This document shows positions 19,290 through 30,848 of a DNA stretch of 64,000 nucleotides, one piece after another (position 1 is the stretch's first letter; every line of letters begins with the position of its first letter). The position numbers were made by a program, and so were the translations under genes. The notes below the pieces were generated by a model. It did not search any database. It was not told the DNA's origin and saw nothing but the letters and a program-made list of their open reading frames with translations. Source of the stretch: an uncultured Verrucomicrobiae bacterium (lineage in GTDB: Bacteria; Verrucomicrobiota; Verrucomicrobiia; Limisphaerales; Palsa-1400). The stretch is taken from contig CAVPOM010000004.1 in the NCBI GenBank assembly GCA_963707025.1, positions 640,001 through 704,000 on the forward strand. The letters run 5' to 3'.

Positions 19290-20696
19290 TCAGGCCATGA
19301 CTCCTTTCACGACGGTGCCGGCGACATCGGTCAAACGGAAGTCGCGGCCGTTGTAGCGATAGGTCAATTTGGTGTGGTCAAACCCGAGCAAGGCCAGAAT
19401 GGTGGCGTGGAGGTCGTGGATATGCACGGGATTTTCCACGGCCTTGGCGCCGATTTCATCGGTGGCGCCATAAACGGTCCCGCCTTTGACGCCGCCGCCC
19501 GCCAGCCAGAGGCTGAAGCCCTTGGAGTTGTGGTCGCGTCCGGGCTTGGGGTTGCCGCCGCGGTCCTGGGTGGGAGTGCGTCCGAATTCACCGCCCCAGA
19601 CTACCAGGGTGCTGTCGAGCAAGCCGCGCTCTTTCAAATCGGCCAGCAACGCGCCCAGGGGCTGGTCAATCTCGCGGGCGCTTTGGGGCAGGCGGACGGC
19701 GATGTCCTGGTGATGGTCCCAGCCGCCGGCCCAGACTTGGACGAAGCGGACGCCGCGTTCGAGCAGGCGGCGGGCGAGGAGCATTTGCCGGCCCTGGGTG
19801 GTATCGCCATAAAGGGCGCGGACGGCGGCCGGTTCTTTTTGGAGATCGAAAGCGTCGGAGGCGGCGGCCTGCATTTTGAAGGCGATTTCGTAGGCTTCGA
19901 TGCGGGCTTCCAGTTGGGCGTCCTTTTGCAGATTCTGGGCGTGGAGTTCGTTGAGTTGATGGATCAAATCGAGCTGGCGGCGCTGCTCCTTTTCGGAGAC
20001 GTAGGGATTGCTGATGTTTTCAATCATCTGATTGACAGAACCGGCCTGGGTGTTGATGCTGGTCCCCTGGTAAACGCCGGGCAGAAAGGCCGCGCCCCAA
20101 TTTTGTTCGCCGCCGGCCGGGACGCCGCCGCCGGCGTGGAGGGAGATGAAGCCGGGCATGTTTTGATTTTCCGTGCCCAAGCCGTAAACCGTCCAGGATC
20201 CCAGGCAGGGTTTGACCAACTGGCGGGAGCCGGTGTTCATCATGACGGTGGCGATTTCGTGCGCCGGGATGTCGGTGTACATGGAGCGGATCAGGGCCAT
20301 CTCGTCCACATGTTCGGCCAGTTTGGGAAAAACTTCGCTCACCTCGATGCCCGACTGGCCATGTTTGGCAAAACTGAAAGGGGAGGGCATGGCGACGCCT
20401 TTGTCGCCGACGGGCTGGCCGGCGTATCTGGCCAGGGCGGGCTTGGGGTCCCAGGTATCCACATGGGAGGGCGCGCCGGCGGCAAAGATGTGGATGACGC
20501 GTTTGGCCTTGGCGGGCAAAGGCGGCGTTTTGGGGGCGAGGGTGGAGAGGCCCGGCGGCAGATCGGCCGCCCAGAGCGAGTCCTGGCTGAGGAGGGCCGC
20601 CAGACCCAGGCCGCCAAAGCCCAGGCCGAGGCGGGAGAGGAATTCACGGCGGTTGAGCACCGGGGTCCGGATGCAGTTTTCGCACAGATCGAACAT
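19290..20696 (-). CDS. DUF1501 family protein (Tat-like signal)
   Basis: LNRREFL, AKAKRVIHIFAAGAPSHVDTWDPKP, ARRLLERGVRFVQ, WDHH, GEFGRTP, GRDH, HDLHATIL. Confidence 0.92.
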   Translation of the reverse strand: MFDLCENCIRTPVLNRREFLSRLGLGFGGLGLAALLSQDSLWAADLPPGLSTLAPKTPPLPAKAKRVIHIFAAGAPSHVDTWDPKPALARYAGQPVGDKGVAMPSPFSFAKHGQSGIEVSEVFPKLAEHVDEMALIRSMYTDIPAHEIATVMMNTGSRQLVKPCLGSWTVYGLGTENQNMPGFISLHAGGGVPAGGEQNWGAAFLPGVYQGTSINTQAGSVNQMIENISNPYVSEKEQRRQLDLIHQLNELHAQNLQKDAQLEARIEAYEIAFKMQAAASDAFDLQKEPAAVRALYGDTTQGRQMLLARRLLERGVRFVQVWAGGWDHHQDIAVRLPQSAREIDQPLGALLADLKERGLLDSTLVVWGGEFGRTPTQDRGGNPKPGRDHNSKGFSLWLAGGGVKGGTVYGATDEIGAKAVENPVHIHDLHATILALLGFDHTKLTYRYNGRDFRLTDVAGTVVKGVMA

Positions 20697-21645
20697 AGGA
20701 TTAAGTCACTTGATGACGAGTTAAGATCACATTATGTCTGCGTGATTGTAAGCATACATTATACCTTGCATTCGGGCAAATAAATACACTGCAAAAGACG
20801 GCGGGGGAGGCGGGGTGGTTTCAAGGGTTTTAAGGGATTCGATCCCGAGGCGGGCATGACCGGCGGGGTGTTCGAGGTCAAGGTGGTCAGGGTTAAGAAC
20901 ATGGTTTGACTGAGTTTGACCGGTTTGGGTGTCCGGCGGGGAATTGCCGTGAATAAATCCAGCACGACAACGGCGCGAGCAACGATGAATTGGCCGGGAA
21001 AGAGCGGAAAGGTCGCAAAGAAAAAATCGGCATAAGCCATTATCGCTGTGGCTCTTGCAGTCATTTGTGGAGAAGTATTGGCAGAACAGCGGACTGATTG
21101 AGAGTCGAGGGGCGGCATACTACCTGGATTAGCATTCTTAGCGTCAGGTTTGACGGTCAAACCTGCATTTTGGTTTGACCAGGTTTGACCGGGTATGACC
21201 GGATTGACCAGTGGGGCGAAGGTGGGCAAAAGCTGCCCATGCCGGGTGTTGGCGTTAAGCTGCTTCCTAAACTGCGCGGAGGTTGCGTCCCAGACACACC
21301 GGAACCCGCCCGCCCTTTGTGGCCTTGCCTTTCTCACTATGGAACATTAACAGATACTTGAAAGCTGTCAACGGAAATCATGGCTCATGTATCAGCAGAT
21401 TGTTGCGGACCCGCAAAACAGATCAGAGCATCCGTCCGCTATTGAACCCGACCCTTCTCGAAGATGGCTGCGGTGGAAGTGGTCTGTCTGGTTTGGCGTC
21501 AAGCAGGTTCGCCTTATCTGGCGCGGAGATTTGCGTGAAAAATGCGACGCTCATAGAGCGCCGCTACATCATTCTTGGAATCGCGGCGAAGGTTGGCAGT
21601 TCTTGCTTGCCATTCCGGCGCCGGCTGCGGAGTCTCGGTGTCGCA

Positions 21646-22659
21646 ATGGCGAAACGAGCGCTCATTACGGGGATCACCGGGCAGGATGGTTCTTATCTGG
21701 CGGAATTGTTGCTGGCCAAAGGCTACGAGGTGCATGGCCTCATCCGCCGGGCGAGCACGTTTAACACCGGACGGCTCGATGCGATCTATTCGGACCCGCA
21801 TGCGGCCAAGGCCCGGTTGTTTCTCCATTACGGCGACTTGAGCGACGCGAGCGGATTGAGCCGGCTGCTGGGCGAGGTGCGGCCGGAGGAGATTTACAAC
21901 CTGGCCGCGCAGAGCCATGTGCGGGTGAGCTTCGATTCGCCGGAATACACGGCGGACATCGGAGCCACCGGCACGGTGCGGCTGCTGGAAGCCCTGCGGC
22001 AGGGGGGGGTGCAGGCGCGTTTTTACCAGGCTTCCTCCAGCGAGATGTTCGGCCAGGCGCCGGAGATTCCGCAAAGCGAGGCGACGGCTTTTCATCCGCG
22101 CAGTCCGTATGGCTGCGCCAAGGTGTATTCGTATTGGATCACGGTCAATTACCGGGAATCTTACGGCTTGCACGCCAGCAACGGGATCCTGTTCAACCAC
22201 GAATCGCCGCGGCGCGGGGAGACGTTTGTCACGCGCAAGATCACGCGGGCATTGGCCCACATCCTGGCGGGTTTGCAGGACAAGCTTTTCCTGGGGAATC
22301 TGGAGGCCAAGCGGGACTGGGGTTACGCCAGGGAATATGTGGAGGCGATGTGGCTGATGCTGCAGCAGGAGCAGCCGGATGATTATGTGGTGGCGACGGG
22401 GGAAACGCATTCCATCCGGGAGTTTCTGGAACTGGCGTTCGGCCATGCCGGGTTGTCGTGGGAGAAATATGTGGAAATTGACCGGCGTTATTACCGTCCG
22501 GCGGAGGTGGATGTGCTGATGGGCGATGCGCGCAAGGCGCGGCGGCAACTGGGCTGGGAACCCAAAACCAAGTTTGCCGATCTGGTCAAACTGATGGTGG
22601 AGGCGGACGTAAAACTTTTGAAGGACCATCGGGAGGGGCGGATCAAGGTGACAAGTTGA
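21646..22659 (+). CDS. gmd: GDP-mannose 4,6-dehydratase
   Basis: [50 protein letters not shown]. Confidence 0.97.
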   Translation: MAKRALITGITGQDGSYLAELLLAKGYEVHGLIRRASTFNTGRLDAIYSDPHAAKARLFLHYGDLSDASGLSRLLGEVRPEEIYNLAAQSHVRVSFDSPEYTADIGATGTVRLLEALRQGGVQARFYQASSSEMFGQAPEIPQSEATAFHPRSPYGCAKVYSYWITVNYRESYGLHASNGILFNHESPRRGETFVTRKITRALAHILAGLQDKLFLGNLEAKRDWGYAREYVEAMWLMLQQEQPDDYVVATGETHSIREFLELAFGHAGLSWEKYVEIDRRYYRPAEVDVLMGDARKARRQLGWEPKTKFADLVKLMVEADVKLLKDHREGRIKVTS

Positions 22660-22735
22660 CGTATTTTTGACTGTAATAAACTTGACCGGGGGCGCTTCGC
22701 GCCCGTAACCTGCGGGCGATTGGTAGGCAAAATTC

Positions 22736-23762
22736 ATGTTTGATCAATTCAAAAGCCTGTTTTCCAACGACATCGGAATTGACTTGGGCACGGCCAATTG
22801 TCTCGTTTATGTCAGGGACAAGGGGATTGTGCTGCGAGAGCCTTCGGTGGTCGCCATCAAGGCCGGCACAACCAATGTGCTGGCGGTGGGCGAGGAGGCC
22901 AAACGAATGTTGGGACGGACCCCGGGCAATATCATCGCCATCCGGCCGATGAAGGACGGCGTGATCGCCGATTTTGAAATCACCGAGGCCATGCTGCGAC
23001 ATTTCATCCAGCGAGTGCATCATCGCAAATTGATCGCGCCCCGGGTGCTGGTGGCGGTGCCTTCGGGGATCACGGAGGTGGAGCGGCGGGCGGTGAAAGA
23101 TTCCGCCACGCACGCTGGGGCGCGGGACGTGCATTTGATCCCGCAACCGATGGCCTCGGCCATCGGGGTGGGACTGCCGGTGGCTGAACCGGCGGGCAAT
23201 ATGATCGTGGACATCGGGGGCGGAACGTGCGAGATCGCGATTATTTCGCTGGCTGGCATCGTGTTCAGCCGCAGTTTGCGCGTGGGGGGCGATGAGTTTG
23301 ACGAGACGATCGTGGCGCACATGAAGAGAGCCTATAACCTGATGATTGGCGAACGGACGGCGGAAGAGATCAAGATCCGGGTGGGATCTGCCTTCCCGCT
23401 GGAACAGGAGTTGACGATGGAAGTGAAAGGGCGCGATTTAAGCGCCGGCCTGCCAAAGACTTTATCCATTCGTTCGGAAGAAATTCGAGAGGCCTTGAAA
23501 GAGCCTCTGAGCAGTATTTTGGAGAGCGTCCGCATCACCCTGGAGCGCTGCCCGCCCGAGTTGTCCGCCGACCTGGTGGAACGGGGGATCGTGATGGCCG
23601 GGGGCGGGGCGCTGCTGCGGGGCATTGACCGGCTGGTGGCCAAGGAAACGGGGCTGCCGGTGCATGTGGCCGAGGACCCGATGAGCGCGGTGGCGGAAGG
23701 GACGGGACAGGTGCTGCAAAACTTCGAATTTCTCAACGCGTTTGACTTCCGGCAAGAGTTGA
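22736..23762 (+). CDS. mreB: Rod shape-determining protein MreB (apparent frameshift near 23736)
   Basis: [27 protein letters not shown]. As sequenced the ORF runs to 24016, overlapping mreC; removing one base near 23736 gives a normal-length end FLKRLTSGKS*. Confidence 0.95.
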
Positions 23763-23855
23763 CTCAAGCGCCGTTCGCCCAAGCAAACAAAGTGGCCGCC
23801 CCTGCGGGGAAGGCGGCCGGCAAAAAGACGGCCCGGCGGCAGGAGCCGGGGCCGG

Positions 23856-24689
23856 ATGGGCGAAAAGTTGAAGAAGACGCAATATATAACTTTGGTTTTG
23901 GTGGTTTTGCTGGTGGTGGTGCTTTTGAGCCTGCCCAGCCGCACGGCGGACGGGTTGAAGCTGGCCATCAGCGGACTGTTTATGCCGTTGTACGGATTGG
24001 CGGCCTCGAGCCATGAGGCGGCGGCCAAGACGCGCGACACGCTCACGCCGAGAGGGGAATTGCTCCGGGAAAGGGACCTGCTTCGCACGAACAACCAGCT
24101 TTTGACCCTCCGGCTGCAAGCGGCGGCGGACGCTGTGCGCGAGAACGAACAATTCCGCCAGATGCTCAAAATCCCCCCGGCAAAACAAGGGACGCTCCAG
24201 TTGGCGCGGGTGATCGCGCGCGATCCGGAGACGTGGTGGCGGAGTGTGTGGATTGACCTGGGCAGCCGCACGACGCCGGGGATGCGGACCAATTTGCCGG
24301 TGCGGACGGCCGACGGGCTGGTGGGCAAGGTGGTGGTGGTGGGGGAAAGACGGTCGCAGGTGCTGCTGCTGGGCGATGCGGGGCTGCGGGTGGCGGTGCT
24401 GGTGGGGCCGGGGGGGCTGAACGGGACGCTGACGGCGGGGACGGCGTGGATGCGGGAGAATAATATGCTTGACATTGAGAATCTTGCCGGGGAGAGCGCG
24501 GACCGGATGGTCCATCCCGGGGACCAGGTGGTGACGTGGGGCGTGGGCGGGGTGTTCCCGGGCGGGATTCCGGTGGGCCAGGTGGTGGATGTGCCGCGGA
24601 AGGATTACGGGACGGCGACGGAAGCGCGGGTGCGGCCTGCGGCCCACCTGGACGCGCTGCAGTACGTGTGGGTGATGATTTTGCCATGA
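23856..24689 (+). CDS. mreC: Rod shape-determining protein MreC
   Basis: N-terminal TM, coiled coil [40 protein letters not shown]; synteny. Confidence 0.9.
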   Translation: MGEKLKKTQYITLVLVVLLVVVLLSLPSRTADGLKLAISGLFMPLYGLAASSHEAAAKTRDTLTPRGELLRERDLLRTNNQLLTLRLQAAADAVRENEQFRQMLKIPPAKQGTLQLARVIARDPETWWRSVWIDLGSRTTPGMRTNLPVRTADGLVGKVVVVGERRSQVLLLGDAGLRVAVLVGPGGLNGTLTAGTAWMRENNMLDIENLAGESADRMVHPGDQVVTWGVGGVFPGGIPVGQVVDVPRKDYGTATEARVRPAAHLDALQYVWVMILP

Positions 24690-25237
24690 ACTGGCTGAAC
24701 ACAATATTTATCCTGGCGCTGGCCTACGTGGCCTCCTTTTTGGAGGGGGGGGTTGGCTGGATGCGGGATCTGCTGGGGGCGCCGGTCAGCGCGCTGCCGG
24801 CGCTGATGGTTTATACCAGTTTGCGGGCGGGGATCGGAGCGGTGGCGCTGCTGGCGGTGTGCGGCGGATTGTGGCGGGATTCGCTCTCGGCCGATCCGCT
24901 GGGGGCGAGCATTCTGCCGCTGTTTTTCATCGGGTTTATTATTTTGCGCAGGCGGGAGTTGTTGTTGCGGGAACATCAATTTGCCCAGATCGCCCTGGGG
25001 CTGGCGGCGGGGGCGGTCTTTCCCCTGGGGACGCTTTTTCTGCTGTTGAACCTGGGGCGGGCGCCGCTGCCGGGCTGGAGCTGGGTGTGGCAGTGGGTGT
25101 TGGGGACGCTGGCGGGAGGGGTGTTGACGCCGTTGTTGTTCGGGCTGTTTGACCGGCTGCGGCGGGCGCTGGAGTATCCGGCGCTGAAGCAAACCAGTTT
25201 CCGGGAGGACCGGGAAATCAAGCGGGGGCGGCAGTAA
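24686..25237 (+). CDS. mreD: Rod shape-determining protein MreD
   Basis: Highly hydrophobic 183 aa with GLWRDSLS; ATGA overlap with the mreC stop; synteny. Confidence 0.82.
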   Translation: MNWLNTIFILALAYVASFLEGGVGWMRDLLGAPVSALPALMVYTSLRAGIGAVALLAVCGGLWRDSLSADPLGASILPLFFIGFIILRRRELLLREHQFAQIALGLAAGAVFPLGTLFLLLNLGRAPLPGWSWVWQWVLGTLAGGVLTPLLFGLFDRLRRALEYPALKQTSFREDREIKRGRQ

Positions 25238-25238
25238 A

Positions 25239-27197
25239 ATGTTTATATTTGACATATTTAAACGGGAGGCGCGGCGGCTGCGGACGGTGAGCGTGGTCAT
25301 GGCGGGGGGCATGGTGGCGCTGCTGGCCGGGCTGTGGTTTGTGCAGATTGTCTCGGGCAAGCAGATGCAGGGCCAGGCTGGAGATCCAATCCTTCCGCAA
25401 GCCGCAGGTGCCGGCGGAGCGGGGCCGGATTCTGGACCGCAACGGGCAGGCGCTGGTGGAGAACCGGGCGCAATACAACGCGGTGCTTTATTTGGAGGAT
25501 TTGCGGAGCCAATTCACCAATGAATACTACAGCCATGTGCTGAAAGAATACATGCGGGACCATCCAGGAAGCGGCCGGCTGCCCTCGCGGGTGACGGCTC
25601 CGCTGCGGCTGGAGGCGGATTACCGGGTGGTGAGCAACCTGAGCCAGCGGGTGGCGGAGGTTTTGCGCCAGCCGATGACGCTGAGCCGGGAGCGGTTCGG
25701 CTATTTTTACACCAATTACACGTTCATGCCGCTGCCGATTGCGACGAATTTGAACGCCACCAATGTGGCGCGATTTTCCGAAACATTGTACGGCGAGCGG
25801 GGTCTGGATTTGGTGAGGCAGCCGGTGGTGAGTTATCCGCACAAGACGACGGCGGCGCATCTGCTGGGTTATGTGGTGCGGACGGGGGAGGACAGAAAGT
25901 ATCTGGCGCCGGGTTACAAGGGGAACACCGGAATTGAAGCGGCCTTTGACGAACGGTTGAAGGGAGAGCCGGGCACGAATCTGGTGCTGGTGAACAACGA
26001 GGGCTACCGCCGGCATGTGGAAGCCCTGGCGCCCAACCAGGCGGGGCAAGACATATACTTGACGATCAGCCTGCCCCTGCAAAAGGCGGTGGAGAAAGCG
26101 CTGGCCCAACGGAGCACGCGCGGGGCCGCGGTGGTGATGGATGTGCATACGGGGGACATTTTGGCCATGGCCTCAGTGCCAACCTTCGATCCGAACGAAT
26201 TTGTCTCCGGCGTTTCTCCGGCGCGCTGGGAGGAGTTGAATGATGCCAGGCTCCAACCTCAGGTGAGCCGGGCGACCTACGACGCGTATCCCCCAGGCTC
26301 CACCTTCAAGATCATCACCACCCTGGCCTGCCTGGAGAGCGGGGTGATGGATGTGAACGAGCCTTACCTGGTCCCCGCCGACGAGGAGAATCCCGGCCAC
26401 GGGGTGTTTAGAGAATCAGGGTATCACATCAGGGACACCGCCCCGCCCGGCGAGTATAAGTTTGAGAGCGCGTTTTATCATTCGTGCAACAGCTATTTCG
26501 GCCATTACGGCTTAAAGGCGGGTTTGCGCAAATTGCTGGAGGTGGCCAAACGGTTTCATCTGGGGGAAAAGACGGACTTTGCCGTCCCGGGCGAGGAAGT
26601 GGCGGGGGTAGTTCCCGGGCCCGAGCAAGCCGGGGGAAAGGACTGGCCGTTGAACAAAACGCCTTATGTGGCCATCGGCCAGGAAATCACGGTGACGCCG
26701 CTGCAAATGACGGTGATGGCGGCGGCCATCGCCAACGGGGGAACGGTCTTCTGGCCGCGCCTGGTGAGCCGGGCGGGCTGGCCGGAAACGGGGGCGGTGG
26801 AGGAGCTTTATGCGGCGGGCCGGGTGCGCGACCGGGTGCATCTGGATCCGCAGCATCTCCAGATTCTGCGCAACGCCATGCTGCAGGATACCGAACATCC
26901 CGGGGCCAACGCCTATGATTCATTCCATCCGCCGGAGCGCGTGCTGGAGCAGGCCCATTTCCGGGTGGCGGGCAAGACGGGCACGGCGCAGGTAAAATCC
27001 CGGCTCTCGAATACAACCGGGTGACGTGGTTTGTTTCCTACGGCCCCTTTGACGACCCGCGCTACGCGGTGGTGGTGATGATCGTGGACGGCGGCTCGGG
27101 CGGCGGCACCTGCGCGCCGGTGGCGGAGGAGATCTACAAGGCGATTGTGAAGCTGGAAAAAACCGGCCCGCTGACGGGGGCGCTGACCCGGAATTGA
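25239..27197 (+). CDS. mrdA: Penicillin-binding protein 2 (two apparent frameshifts, ~25371 and ~27000)
   Basis: RGRILDRNG, PPGSTFK (SxxK), SCN (SxN), GKTGTAQ; the C-terminal TWFVSYGPFDDPRYAVVV lies in a third frame ending at TGA 27197. Confidence 0.92.
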
Positions 27198-27199
27198 AC

Positions 27200-28348
27200 A
27201 TGTACGAGGCGCATCTCAACGGACGGAAAAATGAATGGGACTGGCCCTTGCTGCTGGCGGCGGGGGCGCTGGCGGTGGTGGGGGTGATTTTTATCTTCAG
27301 CGCCTCGGGGGAGGCGTCGCAGGACCTGGCGTTGTATCGGCAGAAGTTTTTCAAGCAAATCATCTGGTGCGCGGCCGGAGCGGGGGCGGCGGCGGCGCTT
27401 TGCCTGGTGGACTACGGCAAGGTGGCGCGGTGGTCGCGGGTGATTTACTGGGGGGCGATAGCGTCGCTCCTGGCGGTGCTGGTGATCGGGGTGGTGCATA
27501 AGGGAGGGCGGCGCTGGATCAGCACGGGGAGTTTTGACCTGCAGCCTTCGGAATTTGCCAAGATCGCGTTTATCTTTCTGATGGCTGATTTTTTGAGCCG
27601 GCCGGTGGAGGAATTGCGCCGGCCGCGGGTGTTCTTTGCGGCGCTGGGTTATACGGTGCTGCCGTTTGTCCTGATCTTAAAGGAGCCGGACCTGGGATCG
27701 GCGCTGGTGTTCCTGTCCATCTGCCTGGCCATGATGTTTGTGGCCGGCGTGCCCAACCGGTTCCTGGGGAGATTGGCGGGCTGGGTTGGCCCGTTGTTGA
27801 TCGTGTTGGTGGCGGCCATTCTGTATGCCTCCCCGGCCGTCACCATTGTCAAATCGTATCAGAAAGACCGGCTGCGGTCATTTTTCGGGCTGAACGAAAA
27901 GAGCGATGCCGCCAATTACAACGTCAACCAGTCGCTGATCGCGGTTGGGTCCGGCGGACTGTTGGGCAAGGGCTGGCGGCAGGGGACGCAGCACGAGCTG
28001 GGGTATTTGCCGTCGGCGGGAGCCAACAATGATTTCATTTTCTCGGTGATTGCCGAGGAGGAAGGCTTTGTGGGCAGCGTCGCGATCCTGGGGCTCTATT
28101 CGGTGCTTCTGTTGAGCGGGATTAAAGTGGCCAGCCAGGCGCGCGACCGCCTGGGACAATTGCTGGCCGTGGGCGTGGCGACCCTTTTGTTCAGCCACGT
28201 CTTTATCAACATTGGAATGAATATACGCTTAATGCCCGTGACGGGCATCCCACTGCCGCTCTTGAGTTATGGCGGGTCTTCGGTGGTTTGCTCGCTGATC
28301 GCCATCGGCGTTTTGCACAACGTTCACATTTATCGAAAGTCTTATTAG
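27200..28348 (+). CDS. rodA: SEDS peptidoglycan polymerase RodA
   Basis: GGRRWI, LQPSEFAK, EPDLGSA, NDFIFSVIAEE, PVTGIPLPLLSYGGSS. Confidence 0.95.
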   Translation: MYEAHLNGRKNEWDWPLLLAAGALAVVGVIFIFSASGEASQDLALYRQKFFKQIIWCAAGAGAAAALCLVDYGKVARWSRVIYWGAIASLLAVLVIGVVHKGGRRWISTGSFDLQPSEFAKIAFIFLMADFLSRPVEELRRPRVFFAALGYTVLPFVLILKEPDLGSALVFLSICLAMMFVAGVPNRFLGRLAGWVGPLLIVLVAAILYASPAVTIVKSYQKDRLRSFFGLNEKSDAANYNVNQSLIAVGSGGLLGKGWRQGTQHELGYLPSAGANNDFIFSVIAEEEGFVGSVAILGLYSVLLLSGIKVASQARDRLGQLLAVGVATLLFSHVFINIGMNIRLMPVTGIPLPLLSYGGSSVVCSLIAIGVLHNVHIYRKSY

Positions 28349-28351
28349 GTT

Positions 28352-30334
28352 ATGAGCGAGAGAAATTTTGGCAGGCGCCGCCGCGGCGGCATGCGTTTCC
28401 GCCCCGCCGGCGGATTCGGCAACAAACCCGACCGGTCGGCCCAGGAAGCCCGCGCCGAAGCGGTGGGGGAGAAAGGGCCGGAGGCGCCGTTCGAGCGCGC
28501 CCGGCATCAACAGGAAATCGAGCGGGCGGAGAACCTGGCCGCCGGGCTGCCGGCGGAAGGCCCGCCGGAGAACGCGCCGCCGCCGCCGGAAGCGGGCGGC
28601 CGGAGGAGAGAGTTCCGGCAGCCTCATTTGGACACGCCGGCGCAGGTGGAGGAGGACAAATTTGAAATGGTGCCCCTGGCCGAGCCGCCGCCCAAGGGCC
28701 TGGTGGAGAACCTGAAGGCGCGGGTCAGCAAGGTGGTCAAGAAGGTGCAGCGCTTGATCAAGCCCGAGGTCCGGACGAACAAGGAAATCATCATTAACGC
28801 CGAATCGCTCGAAACCCGCGTGGCGGTGCAGGAGGAGGGGCGCCTGGAGGAGTTCACCATCGAGCGCACGACGGAGGAGCGGCTGGTGGGCAGCGTTTTC
28901 AAGGGCAAAGTGCGCAATTTGCAGGACGACTTGAAAGCGGCCTTTGTGGATATCGGCTTTGAGAAGAACGCCTTTCTCCATTATTGGGACATCATCCCCA
29001 CGCCCTTCGACAGCGGGGTAGAAGTGGTGGAACGCCATACCCAGCGGCGCGACCGTCCGCGCATCACCCAGAAGGACATCCCGCGCCACTATCCGCCGGG
29101 CAGCGAGATTATCGTGCAGGTGACCAAAGGGCCGATCGGGACCAAGGGGCCGCGAGTCACCACCAATTTGGTGTTGCCGGGACGCTACCTGGTGCTGCTG
29201 CCCCATTCCGACCAGAGCGGCATTTCGCGCAAGATCGAAAATCAGGAGGAACGCCAGCGCCTGAAGAGCATCCTGCGGGAACTGAGCATTCCGGAGGACA
29301 TGGGTGTGATCATGCGCACGGCGGGGGAGGGCCAGCGCAAGGCCTATTTCATCAGCGATCTGGCCTTGCTCCTGGAGAATTGGGCAGAAATCCAGGAAAA
29401 AATCAGGACCCAGCCGCCGGCCACCTGCGTTTTCCAGGAACCGGACCTGATCGAGCGCTCGGTGCGCGATTTTCTGACGGAGGACGTGGAGCGGGTGGTG
29501 GTGGACAACAAGGCGGCCTATGACCGGATGCGGGCGATCATCGCGCGCATTTCCACGGGGGGCATGCTCAAGAGCACGGCGGACAAAATCAAGCTCTACA
29601 CCGAGCACCAGCCCATCTTCGACCGCTTCAACATCACGCGCCAACTGGAGAACGCCTTCTCGCGCCAGGTGCATTTGAAAAGCGGCGGCTACCTGGTGAT
29701 AGACGAGACCGAGGCGCTGGTGGCGATAGACGTCAACACCGGCCGGCACAAAGGCACGCGCGACCAGGAATCCACCATCCTGCGCGTCAACCTGGAGGCG
29801 GCCGACGAAATCTGCCGCCAGTTGCGCCTGCGCAACATGGGCGGGCTGATCGTGCTGGATTTTATTGACATGAAATCGCGGCGCGACCAGCAGCAGGTCT
29901 ATCAGCGCATCAAGGACGGATTGCGGCGGGACCGGGCCAAAACGCATGTGCTGCCGATCTCGCAACTGGGCCTTTTGGAAATGACGCGCCAGCGCCATTC
30001 GGAAAGCGTGCGCAGCGCCGTCTATGACGACTGCCCCTATTGCAAGGGCCGGGGCAAGGTCAAAAGCTCCATCACCATGAGCGTGGAAATCCAGCGCAAG
30101 CTCAACGAAATCCTGAAAAAGCGTTCGCGCGATGAATCCGATTTCCAGCTTCGCATCGCGGTGCATCCGACCGTCTTGGAGCGTTTGCGCACCGAGGACG
30201 AAAAACTGATCATCGAAATGGAGAAGCGTTACTTCGGGAAACTCTCCTTCCGCCCCGAGCCGACCTTCCACGCCGAGCAATTCAAGATTGTTAACGTGGC
30301 CACCAACGAGGAACTGGTCAGCGTGGGTTCCTGA
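28352..30334 (+). CDS. rng: Rne/Rng family ribonuclease with N-terminal disordered extension
   Basis: AAFVDIG, VQVTKGPIGTKG, IDVNTG, LRLRNMGGLIVLDFIDM, CPYCKGRG. Confidence 0.92.
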   Translation: MSERNFGRRRRGGMRFRPAGGFGNKPDRSAQEARAEAVGEKGPEAPFERARHQQEIERAENLAAGLPAEGPPENAPPPPEAGGRRREFRQPHLDTPAQVEEDKFEMVPLAEPPPKGLVENLKARVSKVVKKVQRLIKPEVRTNKEIIINAESLETRVAVQEEGRLEEFTIERTTEERLVGSVFKGKVRNLQDDLKAAFVDIGFEKNAFLHYWDIIPTPFDSGVEVVERHTQRRDRPRITQKDIPRHYPPGSEIIVQVTKGPIGTKGPRVTTNLVLPGRYLVLLPHSDQSGISRKIENQEERQRLKSILRELSIPEDMGVIMRTAGEGQRKAYFISDLALLLENWAEIQEKIRTQPPATCVFQEPDLIERSVRDFLTEDVERVVVDNKAAYDRMRAIIARISTGGMLKSTADKIKLYTEHQPIFDRFNITRQLENAFSRQVHLKSGGYLVIDETEALVAIDVNTGRHKGTRDQESTILRVNLEAADEICRQLRLRNMGGLIVLDFIDMKSRRDQQQVYQRIKDGLRRDRAKTHVLPISQLGLLEMTRQRHSESVRSAVYDDCPYCKGRGKVKSSITMSVEIQRKLNEILKKRSRDESDFQLRIAVHPTVLERLRTEDEKLIIEMEKRYFGKLSFRPEPTFHAEQFKIVNVATNEELVSVGS

Positions 30335-30503
30335 ATAACTCCGGGGGAAGACCTTTCACCCGCCGGACAGGTCCGGCGGGTGAGGGTCATCTCCCGATTT
30401 TGTATGGCATCACCATCAGGTGGCCGGCTGGGTCCAAGGATGAACAATTTCCCGGCCGAGGCCCGGAGCAGGTTTCTCATGGAACACGCGTAGCTGTTCC
30501 GAC

Positions 30504-30532
30504 TTGCCGCCAGCCTGCCAACAGGCTACATT
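30504..30532 (+). promoter_or_regulatory. Putative leaderless promoter with operator palindrome for the TA pair
   Basis: TTGCCG-N17-TACATT, 6 nt before ATG 30539; AGCCTG-N4-CAGGCT palindrome spans the spacer. Confidence 0.5.
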
Positions 30533-30538
30533 CAGCCC

Positions 30539-30835
30539 ATGAAAGTCGCGCATCAATCGGGCCGAAAACGGAAAGTTAATTGGCGCTCGGACAGTTTCAG
30601 TCTGAGCAACGCCAAAACTTATTTGGGACGCCTGATGGAAAAAGCCGGCAAAGGGCAAACCGTGTACATTGTGCGGGGAGAACGCCGCTTTATTTTGCAG
30701 TCAGTTCCCCCGGTTGATCCCATTCCCATCCGGCCAGCGGGCTACTTCGCCAATTGTTATAGCACAGAAGAAATCCAGGAACAAAACCGGCTCGCCAAGG
30801 CATCCGTCATCCGCCCCGCGGCAGACTTGGAATGA
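30539..30835 (+). CDS. Putative antitoxin, Phd/YefM-like
   Basis: SFSLSNAKTYLGRLMEKAGKGQTVYIVRG resembles the Phd N-terminal fold; directly upstream of a toxin-like gene. Confidence 0.65.
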   Translation: MKVAHQSGRKRKVNWRSDSFSLSNAKTYLGRLMEKAGKGQTVYIVRGERRFILQSVPPVDPIPIRPAGYFANCYSTEEIQEQNRLAKASVIRPAADLE

Positions 30836-30848
30836 GCGGAGAGCGAAC

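Noticed and set aside
20759..21337. 192-aa minus-strand ORF in the intergenic region
   Set aside because: No motif, atypical composition, and it runs through the repeat motifs.
21283..21645. N-terminal extension of Gmd in the ORF track
   Set aside because: Homology begins at MAKRALITG (21646); the upstream part is probably non-coding.
23763..24016. MreB with a novel C-terminal tail
   Set aside because: It overlaps mreC by about 160 bp and is explained by a single-base insertion near 23736.
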